Assembly (NCBI GenBank): GCA_951406725.2
Contig: OX597838.1
Coordinates: forward strand, 5,952,001 to 6,016,000
Length of the DNA stretch: 64,000 bases
DNA from: Octopus vulgaris
Taxonomy: Eukaryota
Direction: 5' to 3'
The position numbers and the translations under genes are program-made. Each line of letters starts with the position of its first letter. The first letter of the stretch is position 1. This document shows positions 52,106 through 64,000 of the stretch, in pieces. The notes beneath the pieces are model-generated. The model had not been told where the DNA came from and did not search any database. It saw nothing but the letters and a program-made list of their open reading frames with translations.

Positions 52106-53267
52106 TAATACATCGTGAGAAAGAAATTTAGTGTTCAACTGTCCTAAAATATACACGACTGAGACAAACCCCAATATGTTTTACTTTCTTGTTCAGAATA
52201 CTTTTGAATTGGTAATCTGTATTTTTATGTATCATTTTTGGTATTGTCTTGTGAGTTTGCCAATACAACAAGGATTGCAGCTCATTGCTGGGGCTCCAAT
52301 ATTTGTTTGATATTTACTGAAAATGAACAGTTCTTTATGGATTATTAATAATTACTTGTAACGTATTATCAACTTGTGGAATGACATATAGAATGTTAGC
52401 AATTTGGAACCGTGAGAAATATCAATCATTTATAGCCAGCATATTACATTTCTGTAAATTCAACTATTTTTACAAAGCATGCTGGTAACCTGAGTTTCCT
52501 TTGCTAATTAAAATTCACGGCTATTTTTGAATCTATTTATTTTTGCTTTCGATGTATTGTAAAATCCATATTCAAGTAGTCAAAAGAAGATCTTTGATAT
52601 TTGTGACAGAGCGAGGTACTTATTCGTTCTCCATTTTTCCGTCAAGAAGCCGGAGAGACAATTTATAGCTTCCGCTTATGTAACTTCTCAGAGATGCTAT
52701 AACTATGAAAGAACAATATTGGAATTAATGTCGAAATATTTTATGCCACCAGAAGTAAGGAGGACTCCAAAAGAACGAATCCTGTGCTGAATATATAAAC
52801 CGATTGTATTAGTCATTAACTATTTTATTTTAATTAAGACGACAAATACGAAACAGATGTGTGCACATGCTGCTGGTATGTTTTAACAGCACAGAAATCG
52901 AACAACTCGGAGAAGTATTAATGAAAGAATTCTTAAGCGAATGTTAAAAAATTTGCCTTGCTGCAAGTAGAAAATTAGTATTTTTTCGAGAATACCTTCG
53001 TACAACAAGTGTGTTTATTTTTGTATATCTAATGTACACAAGTGTATATTTAGGTATACAGAATGTAGGCTATACAACATGCGTATAAAAGTACATCGTT
53101 TCAAGGAATATGTAATTACTTTTAATCTGCAATTGATATGGTTTTCTTCTGTTAAACTTAATGCGTTTCGTTATCATGGATTTCTAAAATAAATTCCAAT
53201 TTTAATCTTAAAGTGCATGCAGTTTACATTTTATCCCCCTAGAATTTTGTTTCACTGTATACAGTTA

Positions 53268-53269
<2 letters not shown>

Positions 53270-53331
<62 letters not shown>
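53270..53331. repeat. (CA)n microsatellite
   Basis: Pure CA array. Confidence 0.97.
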
Positions 53332-53334
<3 letters not shown>

Positions 53335-53449
53335 ATAAACATAGGTATGTATATGTGTAAAACTATGTAAGTTTATGTACCTATATCTGTATATTTAAAT
53401 ACATACATAAGTATATAGTAAGGCACACACATACACACACATGTTCGTA

Positions 53450-53680
53450 TTCTTCAACTTCATCGTCTTCAACTTCAACATCTTCTTCGCCTTCAGCATC
53501 TTCTTCTTCACCTTCATTGTCGTCTTCTTCATTGTCGACTTCTTCATCGTCGTCTTCTCATTCTCTTTCGCCTTCTTGTTCTTGATTTTTTTCTTCTTGT
53601 CCTTCTTCTTGCTCTTGTTTTCTTCTTTTCCTCTTCGCCTTCTTATTCTTCTTCCTCCTCACCTTCTTCTTCTTCGTCTT
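53450..53680. repeat. Degenerate (CTT)n polypyrimidine tract
   Basis: CTT/TTC-rich eroded microsatellite. Confidence 0.85.
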
Positions 53681-54564
53681 ATTCAATGTTCGGCATCAGA
53701 CACCCTATCTGACCATTCCTCTTCTTTTTGTTCACCACATCATTTCCTTCTTTGGTTTGTTGAAACTATTTTCACGACGCAGCACAAACGACTATAGATT
53801 CACGCATGCCGTATTATATAGAATGTCCTTCACTGATAAATACCGGAAGTGTATAAAAACATATATATATTTTTTTTACTCACCGTTTGAATTATTCTTG
53901 ATACGTCTTTGCTGTTTCTTACGTTAAATCTATTTCCACTAATTTCAACTTTAATATCGAGTGTAACATATTAGGAGGTTAACAATTCCGAATAATATCG
54001 GAACAAATTCAAAGGAAATCACTAACATTCCCAGAAGATCGGGACATCCAGATAAACTAAGCCACAACGTGTCATAACCAGAATTCCAACAAAACACCAT
54101 CGCTCATTGTGAATTCACAAATAAGATGATATTCAAACTAGTAGACTATTATACTTTGAAATATGGCAGCTGATTCTCTTATGATTTCCATTGGAATCGT
54201 GTATCGGTTTTCATAAATTTCCCTCCTATGGTGTTCTTTATAAATGTTTCTTCTAAGTGCTTATTTGATACAAAAGAGTATTTGACTCGCGTTAAAAGTG
54301 CATGGGTTTCGAGGCATAAGCAGTCGTATTTCGTCTCCCATATACATAAATCCTTTTTATTTTATTCTATGCTATCGAATGCAGCACAAATTGTTCATAT
54401 TCATTTCTCCAATAGATACTTATTCTAATCTTGAACTTCATGCATTTTCACGGTTTCTCCCCAAAGCTTTCTCAGTTCTCTCATAATCTAACATCTTTCT
54501 TAAATATCTTTTTTCCCTCTCTTCCTCCCTCCCTCTTTACACACAGAGACCAATGCAATAAATG

Positions 54565-54805
54565 ACAAACACACACACACACACTGCACACGCACATATA
54601 TATATATATATAGAAATATAATACTCATAACTATATAATATGCATATATATACATATAATGCACACACCCCATATATACATATATAGACAGATAGATGTC
54701 ATAACAAACACATATATAAATATATATATCATATATAACACGTATATAAATATATATACATACATATAATACACACACACATATATATATATATCATATA
54801 TAACA

Positions 54806-54849
<44 letters not shown>

Positions 54850-55040
54850 ACACACATAACACACATGCATGAAATATATATACCTATATTTATATATGGC
54901 ACTTACATAAAAAGACAGATATTTTCACACATACATAAATCTCCACACATTTACACTCACACACACGTACGCGTGCATACACACACGTCCACACAACACA
55001 CCCAGACACACAAACACACACACACATATATATATATATA
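54565..55040. repeat. Compound (CA)/(TA) satellite
   Basis: Directly visible. Confidence 0.9.
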
Positions 55041-55056
55041 TGTCTGGAATCGAGTG

Positions 55057-55077
55057 TTTGAGGGATTTGTGTGCATA

Positions 55078-55141
<64 letters not shown>

Positions 55142-55152
55142 AACCCCTCAAA
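55057..55152. repeat. Palindrome centred on (TA)n with unique-sequence arms
   Basis: TTTGAGGGATTTGTGTGCATAT...ATATGCACACAAACCCCTCAAA; one mismatch in the arms. Confidence 0.92.
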
Positions 55153-55717
55153 TAATCGTTTCCCGACGTTATTATATCTCTTTCTATACACTTGATATCG
55201 TATTTAGAAAAAGATTGAGATGTCTATAATCCTTTTGTTTTCTTTTGTACGCTTTTTTTTTCTTTCGTTATTCTCCTCCATTTTGCTTTGGCTTCTCTGC
55301 CACTCCCTGTGGGCATAATTTACAAAGAACCGCTGTCACATATAACGTACGGAGCTATACTTATCACTTTTGTCATTACCGACTTCATCACCTCAGCCAC
55401 CTCCACAATCTTTCTTATTATCGTTACCGTCGTCATAATTTTTGTCATCACAACAGTCGCAGATGCTTCCTACCCGTACCAAACGCAGTCCTCTCATTGC
55501 CTACTCAAATGTCGAAGTATCTTTATATGTTTGTATCTAATTTGCAATGGTTTTATATTTCCCATCTCATTATTTTATTTTATATGCATCCAGATACGTG
55601 TTTTCGCAAAATATTTTGAGATGTTGGGATCTCATCGTGTGACCTTATCACCCATTACGAATTTACGAAGTTGATATCATTATTATCAATATAATTAATA
55701 TTATTATTATTATAAAT

Positions 55718-57125
55718 AGGCGGTGAGCCTGGTGAAATCGTTGACACGCCGGACGGAATGCTTAATGGTATTTCTTCCTTTCTCATGTTTTGAGTACAAA
55801 TTTCGCCGAGGTCGAATTTCTCTTTAACCCCTTCGTGTTAGAATGGATTGTCATCATCATTATTATTAATATTTCTTCGTAACAGAATGTCGGTAAAAAA
55901 TGCACCGCAGTATTTTGTTACGTCAAGTCACAACGAGGAACTCGGACAGATAACACTTTCCTTAAGATGTGTTCTGTGCCCAATAAGGCTGCTTTTTGCA
56001 AGACCTCAATGTTGTTTGGGATTTCTAGTTGCCTTAAGAAATCTTGAAGTGTCACTGGGATTGAGCCCAACACACCGGTCACCTCTGGTATCACTTTTAC
56101 AATGACCCTCTCGCATTCCATACAATCTCGTCATTTCCACTTTCAATTGCGAGTGATATTTTCAACCTCTTTACTCACATCTCTCTCTCAGCACTATTGC
56201 GTCTGTCTATAAATTTGGAGTTTAAATTCCGCCGAGGTCGACTTTGCCGTTTATCTTTTGGTTATCGATAAAACAAGGACCAGTTGAAACCGGGGTTTGA
56301 TGTAATCGCCTGTCCTCGCCACAAAATATCAGGCCTTGTGCTTATAGTAGAAAAATATTCTATGCTTAGCGACATTTTGTCCGTTTTTGCACTTTGAGTC
56401 CGAACTCCACCGTGGTGTATTTTGGATTTCATTATTCAGGGTCGATGAAATGATTACAAGTTGAATTCTGGGGTTACCTCCACGGACAAAACTTTCAGTC
56501 TTGGTGCCTAAGAGAAAGTAAATCCAGAAGAAATTTCACTAATCATTTAGACCAATTTGCTAAAGATTCTGCCAGCTCACCACGTGAATGTTAGTATTTT
56601 CGGAGTTCGAATACAACTGACGTCATCTTTGCTTCCTTTAGGTGTCGTTGACATAGGTAGCAGTTATGTACTGGGTTTGGAGAAATCTACTTTAGACCTT
56701 CCTCGGGCAAATAGAATAAAAATAATATTAAAGCTGTGTTCCAAAATGTGAAATTATAATTATTAAGAGAACGAAATTGCAGAAACCTCGCCGGACATAA
56801 TACCTAGTTGCATATCTTCTTGTTTTGATTTCGCACTTCTTCCAGGCCTCTTAAAATATTTTCTAAGCTAGATTTCCACCGAACTCAATTTTTCCTGTCA
56901 TCATTTCAGATTCCATAACATAAGTCCCAGTTACTAGGCCAAGGTAATCGCTGTCACCTTGCAAAGTATTTGAAAGCCGGGCAGAAACATTATCATGTCG
57001 GGCTAAATGCTTTTCCACGCTTTGTCCATCTTTATATACAGCTTCCGCAGCGTCGATTCCTCCTTCATCTACTCGAAATCGATGACAAAATTAACCAGTT
57101 CCAGACCTTGTGCCTACAACACAAA
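55718..57125 (+). mobile_element. Cluster of about 5-6 old same-orientation family-A/tail-B SINE remnants, interrupted by an R4/Dong fragment
   Basis: Remnants near 55718, 56215, 56360, 56590, 56770 and 56980, e.g. AATTCCGCCGAGGTCGACTTTGCC, CAGGCCTTGTGCTTATAGTAG, ACCTTGTGCCTA. Confidence 0.65.
55870..56176 (-). mobile_element. 3' end of an R4/Dong-clade non-LTR retrotransposon (restriction-like endonuclease C-terminus)
   Basis: Translation VKVIPEVTGVLGSIP...LQKAALLGTEHILRKVLS matches the R4/Dong C-terminal pattern; upstream frameshifted VKEVE/LKVEMTRL; followed on the minus strand by TAATAATAATGATGATG. Confidence 0.8.
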
Positions 57126-58024
57126 TCATCATTCTCATTAGCAGTGTTAGTATCATTAGAAGCAGAAGTAATACTGTTATAGTATTACTCGTATGTCTGC
57201 TGGAAATCATGCCTCGTATTGTTATTGTGTAGTTAAACATTAAGATATTGCAACGGATTTTCGAGTTTGTTGTATTGGAAATGTATTGGCAAAGTATCAT
57301 CTCTCTTAGACAAGAAGACATTGAGTGGTTTTGAGTAACGCATGTATGTGTTGGTGGGTAGAGGAAGAATCATGATGATATTCTAATAATATTATTACAT
57401 GACGCAAGAACATTTTTTCTTTTACTATTTCGTTTCATTGTATTTTATTTCGTTCGTTTAGTATATTCTTATGCTAACATGAACTTGTCAACAATACGCA
57501 CACTTAAAAATTTGATATATAACAATCTCTTATGCTAAACATCAGACTTTACATATTTTTATTTTGTTATATTTTTACAATTATATTTATTCGCTTATGT
57601 ATTTTTCGTTCCCTTCTTTCATGCAGAATGACATTACTCCGTATTGGCATCTGTCTCCGTCTTTCAAAATAAATATAGGTAAATAAAACAGAATAACATT
57701 AATAAAGAAACGAAAAGACAAGAAAAATAATTCCCTTACACTGACGTGTTGACAACTGCCGACGTATGATTATCGAGATAACCTGATTGTGATTTCATTT
57801 CATTGCATTTATATATATATTCGTTTCATCATTATTATTATTATTATCCATATTTCTAACAAGTAAATTTGTTCGAGTGTAATTTTTGCTAAGGCAGTTA
57901 TTTGCTAAGAACTGCTGTTTCTCTGTTTATGTTACAACTGGTTAGATATAGATTTTCTGCTAGTTTCCAACTAACAGATACAGTGATATTTACACGTATA
58001 TATGTGTGTTCATTGGTATGTATG

Positions 58025-58029
<5 letters not shown>

Positions 58030-58085
<56 letters not shown>
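58030..58085. repeat. (TA)n microsatellite
   Basis: Pure TA array. Confidence 0.95.
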
Positions 58086-58088
<3 letters not shown>

Positions 58089-58689
58089 CCACATATATTT
58101 AATATGGGTTGGGCAATTCGAAATTTAACAACCTAAAGGCAGAAATATATGCTTAAATAACGTGATCTAGGGCACAAAGCAGTATTAGCATTGCTAGAAA
58201 CAAGAGCCAAAGCAATCTAATAGGACTAAACAACACTAGTATTTTTTTGTGGCTGTTGATTTCTTTTTATTCTTGTTTCTAATTAGTGCCCTAGTTTACT
58301 TTAGTGACGTAACCTTGCTATCGAGCGAAGGAAGACAACTCGCCCGGTATTAATTTTTAAAGAGGAATATTTTTAGATTTATCGCCGGCGTTTTGTGTTT
58401 TGTAGAGAACGGTGTTCGTTTAGAGAAACTGAAGAGGTGTCTTGTGCGCGCTAGATATGAAAGAAATGTTTTCTCTAAACTATTACGTTTCGCATAGAAA
58501 TGCTGTAGCACACGTGCTGCGTGCACTCCTACAACGCCGTTTTCTTCACGTGTTATAGAAGCTCATGTAAATCTGCCGTCAACTCAACCATGCGACTGTG
58601 TTTCGCTTATTTTTTGTGTGTTTTACTACAATAAATGTCACCAACTGCCTACCCTATGTAATTACTGACAGCACGTTGCCTGGTATATA

Positions 58690-58998
58690 GACAGCCTTCG
58701 ATTACGAATGAACCTGGAATTTTGCACCAAGGACGCTACCCGCCGTAGTCCAAGACCGGGTAGGTTGTTTGTGGGAGACTACCAGTCACGCATGCGTACC
58801 AGGCTCACCTCTCGATGCTACGTTTGCTGTTCAATAGGAAAGGCAAAAGCTGATGATGATATAGGTCGACGCCAGTGATGTCACATATAAATTCTTCTTT
58901 ACAACATGGAAGTGTCTTGCTCCAGAACAGAACGCACAGTCCGGTCTGGTGACCGAACTTACAACCTCTAGATTATAACCCGACACTCTAACCACTGA
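58690..58998 (-). mobile_element. Older family-D SINE
   Basis: GGTTGTTTGTGGGAGACTACCAGTCACGCATGC, GGAAAGGCAAA, GTCTTGCTC..GAAC and CTCTAACCAC match 26890-27207. Confidence 0.7.
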
Positions 58999-59564
58999 AC
59001 GTGAAAGAGAGAGAGAGAGAGAGAACTTGAATGCGAACAAAAATTCTAAATTCTAAACAAAATAAGGTTAAAACAAAGAAATAGTATAAAAATGCAATGA
59101 AATAGAAATAAATGTCTCCAGCCTCACACTAAACGCTAATACCAAGTTGCCAAAATACTAGAAACGCGTTGGAATATTCCTAACAGCACCCAGTTGACAC
59201 CCACGTACATAACACTTTCTGTTAAATAATTAAATCTCAAAGCAAAACCGCTCGTTTCTTGATGGATGATTTGATTAATCTAAAGAGAATTGGAATTAGT
59301 TTTCGAGACGTACACGTTTATATCTTTGCAGAATAGGAAATTAGAAAAATTTGGTGAAGCTGCTGGAAGAAACTGCATTTTGGTTAGTAATAACATAGTG
59401 TTACAGAGTAATTTTGTTGCTGCTTATTTTCGATGATACCTGTTCTTAAATTATTAATTTTACTATCACTATTGCTACTACAGAAAATCTTACAATTATT
59501 TCTACTAATACAAGTAATACTATCAATAATACTAAAAATAATAATAATAATGATAATAATAAAA

Positions 59565-60165
59565 GACGGGATACAGCAAATATTCTGCTCAGTATCACAG
59601 ATTTGCCTGTCAATTGTTTGACCGTAAAAAGATAAGCACGTCCCTTGTTGACTAACGGTATGTGCATCTTGAGCGGGTGCAGAAGTAATGGTGGATCATC
59701 GTAGCCATTTGTTGAGAGGAATTCTTTGGAGTTTGGAAAATTAAGTTTTGGAAACATGGGTGTTTCTTCCAACATTCCTAAACAACCATTATTCAGGGAC
59801 CTTTTAAGCGGGATGAGCTACTCGACCTGAAGAAAATTCTAACTAGACACCCCCACCTGCAAGTTCATGGACTGTATACCTTGACATGAAATCACAATGC
59901 ACGCACGAATGACTGTTATGCATGTGCCGGTGTAACATTATTAGACGTGTAGTCATGATGGATATACTGGGCTCCCATATTTTATCCCAGTGTAACTATA
60001 ATGAAATGCACTGCACTCCCACTCGGTATTAATGATGATGATGTTGATGATGATGATGATAAAGATGGGCTACTGCACATGTTTTGCTGAAACCTCAGAT
60101 TTGCTTGTCAGTTGCATGACCTTAACCAGTTTAGCACATCCCTCGGTGGCTGATGTGTGTGCATC
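59565..60165. repeat. Dispersed element between TAA- and GAT-rich tracts with partial tandem second copy
   Basis: CAGATTTGC(C/T)TGTCA(A/G)TTG..TGACC..AGCAC(G/A)TCCCT..TGTGCATC occurs at about 59598 and again at about 60096. Confidence 0.65.
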
Positions 60166-60198
60166 GAAAAGTATATCAAATATTCTTCTTATTATCCA

Positions 60199-60200
<2 letters not shown>

Positions 60201-60250
<50 letters not shown>

Positions 60251-60385
60251 TGTGTGTCTGATCTTGTCCCACCACCATCGCTTCACAACCGACGTTGGTG
60301 TGTTTGTGTTCTTGTAACTTATCGGTTGGGCAAAAAAGACCGATAGATTAAGTACTATAGGCTTAAAGAAATATGTCCTGGCGAA
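60201..60385 (+). mobile_element. (TA)n followed by family-C SINE 3' half
   Basis: ACAACCGACGTTGGTGTGTTT...GGCAAAAAAGACCGATAGATTAAGTACT matches 25435-25510. Confidence 0.75.
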
Positions 60386-61734
60386 AGCAATGACATATCT
60401 AGTTTGATATAACATGAAGAGTTGAGTTGGTCATCAGTGGAGAGCCTTAATATATGACCGTTCTTATTGTATGTCGAGCTGTTATGCTCCCCTTCTTTAT
60501 AGTCTTTTTCTTTTCAACGTAATATCCTTATGTTTTAATCTTTTCGCGGGAAAGATTAAAAAAAAGCTTTCTCTCGAAAAACCTAGAGGATTTAGAGAGA
60601 GAAAGAGGGAAATATAAAGTGTCATTTATATCCAGCGTAACTTTATTTACCAGGCATGGAAGAATGAGAATCAAAACCGATCTCCGCGTGATTTGATCTC
60701 GTGACGAGGATAGATGTACAGAAAGAAAAAGAAAAACACCCTATCCTTTCTGATTCTGCAGCATCTTTCGCAATGTCTTGACTTCCTCAATGAAGATGAT
60801 CATGATTTTAATTAGAAGTTTCCTTGACAGTTGATGGATTCTGTATCGTGTAGTTGTTGCTACAAAGTTAATACACAACTGACTTTAATAACTGCGAATA
60901 TTTGCACGATCAATTGTTGTTAATAATCCCGGACAATTGCCATGAATCCTGTTAGTGATCTCCACGAGCTAAGTTCTGTCCAATTACAAGTGGCCTCAAC
61001 AGATGTGAATGTCAGCTCTCTGTATAAGAGTTTAACATTTGCAAATCTCCGCGGTCTTAATTATGTTGAAAATTAATTAGACATTTGCGTAATCAATCCT
61101 CTTGCTGATACCCATTGTGGATTCTTTTACTAATCGAAGTTTTAATTACATGGTTTAAATTGCTATTCAACAGCACGTTATATCCATCAGGCTAAGCTTT
61201 TTTTGACAATGCATGAAAGGCATGTGAACATCGCATGAAATGCTTCTCAAGTTATGTGAGGACATGAATAGATTTAATCTAGATGAGGGAAAATATAATA
61301 CAAAACTTTTAACTAAATACCAATATACAGCAATGAATAATTCAAGTTTCAAGAGCGTACAGGAGAGAACGAAAATTCCGATATTTTAAAACTTCATGCC
61401 AATTATATACAAACTAACAAATGCGTCTCGTTTTAATTGTTGTCAGTTTCTTACATCAGGAATGAATTTGTACCGTAGACAGATATAAAATAAGATGTAT
61501 GCAGTGAATTAGAATTGACATTTTAAAGTTGGTATCTTAAAATACCATATCCATAGCAGCACTATGTATCAATCCTCCTACGGTTTCAACAAATTTTGTA
61601 CGAAAGTTGAAAATATCAAGGATCTGAAACAATTATAATTGTTGTTCATCGGAGTGCGTATCTTAACTTTTTATTACAATGATGGAGAACGATTTCCTGT
61701 GATTGCAATCATCTCCCATGATAGGCAATGTGGA

Positions 61735-62012
61735 ACCCGATGGAATTTGAACTCCGAACGTACAGGTTCGAATAAATGCCTATTTCTTTACTACCCACAA
61801 TAGGGCTAAACACAGAGGGGACAAACAAGGACAGACAAAAGTATTAAGTCGATTACATCGACCCCAGTGCGTATCTGGTACTTAATTTATCGACCCCAAA
61901 AAGATGAAAAGCAAAGTCGACCACAGCGGAATTTGAACTCAGAACGTAACGGCAGACGAATTACGGCTACGCATTTCACCCGGCGTGCTAACGAATCTGC
62001 CAGCTCGCCGCC
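61735..62012 (-). mobile_element. Full-length family-A SINE continuing into a further degenerate unit
   Basis: Head ends GCCAGCTCGCCGCC at 62012; junction AAATGCCTATTTC at 61774-61786; GGAATTTGAACTC beyond it. Confidence 0.9.
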
Positions 62013-62582
62013 AGGCATATTGACTAAAGCTCCAACGATTATAGCAATTAACTATCCGGAAATATAAGAGTAGTTTTTAAAATTCTCGCAAGGCAATTAA
62101 TTTTGAGCAAGGGTGAAATCTATTAAATTGAAACCAATGCTTGGCTGGTACGTATATCACCAGCCCGACCTCTCAATGATATTAATAATACTGACTCTTG
62201 TCATACGACGCTCACCTTTCCGCCTTTTATTATAGATTTTCTCACATTAGCGAAAGGTCAAAACATTTGAAGAAGAAATTATACAGTCGATTGTTATTGG
62301 AATTCGTTTCGCTATGTTAGTCAGTCGGCAGATTATTTCTACTATTTTTACAAGTTTGCACATTATGAGGTCTTAAATTAGTAGAAATCGGCAATTTTGT
62401 AACTGGGATCGGTAAAATTGATTAAATCGATTTCAGTGCAGCCTGCAAACTAATTCAATCGAACGATCATTGATAAAAATGCAAAGTCAACGCAATTCAA
62501 ATATTTAATATGGAATTGCAGTTTTTCTGTTACACTCGAGTTCCTTCCAAGTTTTCCTTCGTTTCTAAACATATCGCAAATA

Positions 62583-62827
62583 TATTTCTTTATTGCCCAC
62601 AAGGGACTAAACATAGAGGGGACAAACAAAGGTATTAAGTCGATTACATCGACGCCAGTGCGTAACTGGTACTTAATTCATCGACCCCGAAAGGATGAGA
62701 GGCAAAGTCGACCTCGGTGGAATTTGATCTCAGAATGTAATTTCTTTAGGGCAGACGAAATACCGCTAAGCATCTCGCCCGACGTGCTAACGCTTCTGCC
62801 AGCTCGCCGCCTCTCTGCCAGCTCGCC
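62583..62827 (-). mobile_element. Full-length family-A SINE with duplicated 5' 14-mer
   Basis: TCTGCCAGCTCGCC occurs twice at the head end. Confidence 0.9.
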
Positions 62828-63345
62828 AACGAGGAAGTAGCTACATTTCTAATCGTGACCTGCTAAAAATAGCGGCTAAATCTTTCTCACATCACGAAGA
62901 TTTCAATGTCGTTTGGACACCTTGAATAATGTAACCTCTCGACATGTTTAGTCTTAGAACGGAAGTTATGGCCACGGCTAGGATGTCTTAGATGAGTAGT
63001 CTGTACCGCCAAGAATTCCCGAGAAATAAACACAATTCTCTACAGATTAGGATGCAATTCTTTCAACAGGAAGAGACAATCTGCCAGGAAATTCATCCAG
63101 GTGTGCAAAGCATTATATTGCTTTGATAACAATCTGTGAATGCTACGAGTCAATATATGATAATCACAAGTTACTTGTGACATCTTGGAAAACCCTAACC
63201 ATAATAACACATACCAATGCTATATTCAGGTTGAAATTTCCCAGATAAATATTGATGAGAAATGAAATCGTTAAGTCCTCTTCTATAATATGTATACTGC
63301 ATTGAGATGGCTAGACTATGCTCACACATCTATTTTTATCTAGAA

Positions 63346-63730
63346 CTAGCAGTATCGCCTGGCGTTGCTCGGGTTTGTAAGGGAAATAACTATATAAGCA
63401 TTTTTAGAGATTTTTAAAGTATAATAACCGTCTCAATATGGCTAACCACCAAGGGGGGGTGTTACTGTAGCTTTTTACGTTCTGAGATTTAATAATACAT
63501 TTTTAGAGAGTTACTTCCCTTATATAATAGCAAAAAATGCAATAAAAATGGGAAAAAATGATGGTAATTTTTTTTTAAATCCTAGACGCGCCCTAATACC
63601 CAGAAGGGCTCGATATGAATCACGACTATAAGATACCCGCTTTTGGTTACACTGCACCGCAAAATGTGAGAGAAGTTAGGAATCTAAATCGTAGGAGACA
63701 GACACACAACTTGACTTTTATATATAAAGA
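63346..63730 (-). mobile_element. Complete non-autonomous Helitron
   Basis: Minus strand: A|TCTTTATATATAAAA 5' end; subterminal GC-rich hairpin (63358-63373); terminal CTAG|T; inserted between A and T with no TSD. Confidence 0.85.
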
Positions 63731-64000
63731 TTAACTACGTGCAAGAGATCTCTGGAACTAATTTTTTTTTATCTAAGTGTGTTTAAGGCGTTGACAGAAT
63801 AGATAGCTATTAAGGGACATATATAAAACGCCAAATAAAGATAAGTCCATTTGCTTATTTTGTAAAGGAGATTCATATTTTGCAGATGGCAGACAGTTTT
63901 ATGTTGGGCAGAAAAAATAAATGATTCGGAGATGGGTGTAATGGAATGACATTCAACATACGTTTAGCACTTTTGATCTGCGACATTCTTCCATCTTTTT

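Noticed and set aside
53441-53797. Phe/Leu-rich membrane-like ORF
   Set aside because: Product of a degenerate (CTT)n tract.

Overview
AT-rich, repeat-dominated eukaryotic non-coding DNA (intergenic or deep intronic). It is most consistent with a coleoid cephalopod (Octopus-like); this is inferred from the tRNA-derived SINE families and the very high (TA)n density. I find no credible intact host gene: almost all listed ORFs are translations of microsatellites or SINEs. The window holds more than 20 copies of one tRNA-headed SINE (family A, Meta-like central domain), several other tRNA-headed SINEs with swapped heads and tails, a decayed Tc1/mariner transposase, the 3' end of an R4/Dong-like non-LTR element next to TAA repeats, a complete non-autonomous Helitron, MITE remnants and many microsatellites. 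Three observations stand out. (1) There are hammerhead-ribozyme-like folds with palindromic stem III: a near-canonical type I motif at 1298-1373 inside a short (TA)n-flanked element, and a G3-C8-swapped variant at 27536-27586 on the minus strand, plus decayed relatives; together these suggest a Penelope/retrozyme-like system. (2) Family-A SINEs repeatedly occur as head+(unit)n multimers with one recurrent self-complementary junction (GAAATA-GG-TATTTC) mapping to the anticodon-like loop. (3) Several fold-back palindromes and inverted SINE pairs could form dsRNA. All alignments and folds were done by eye; boundaries of degenerate elements are approximate.
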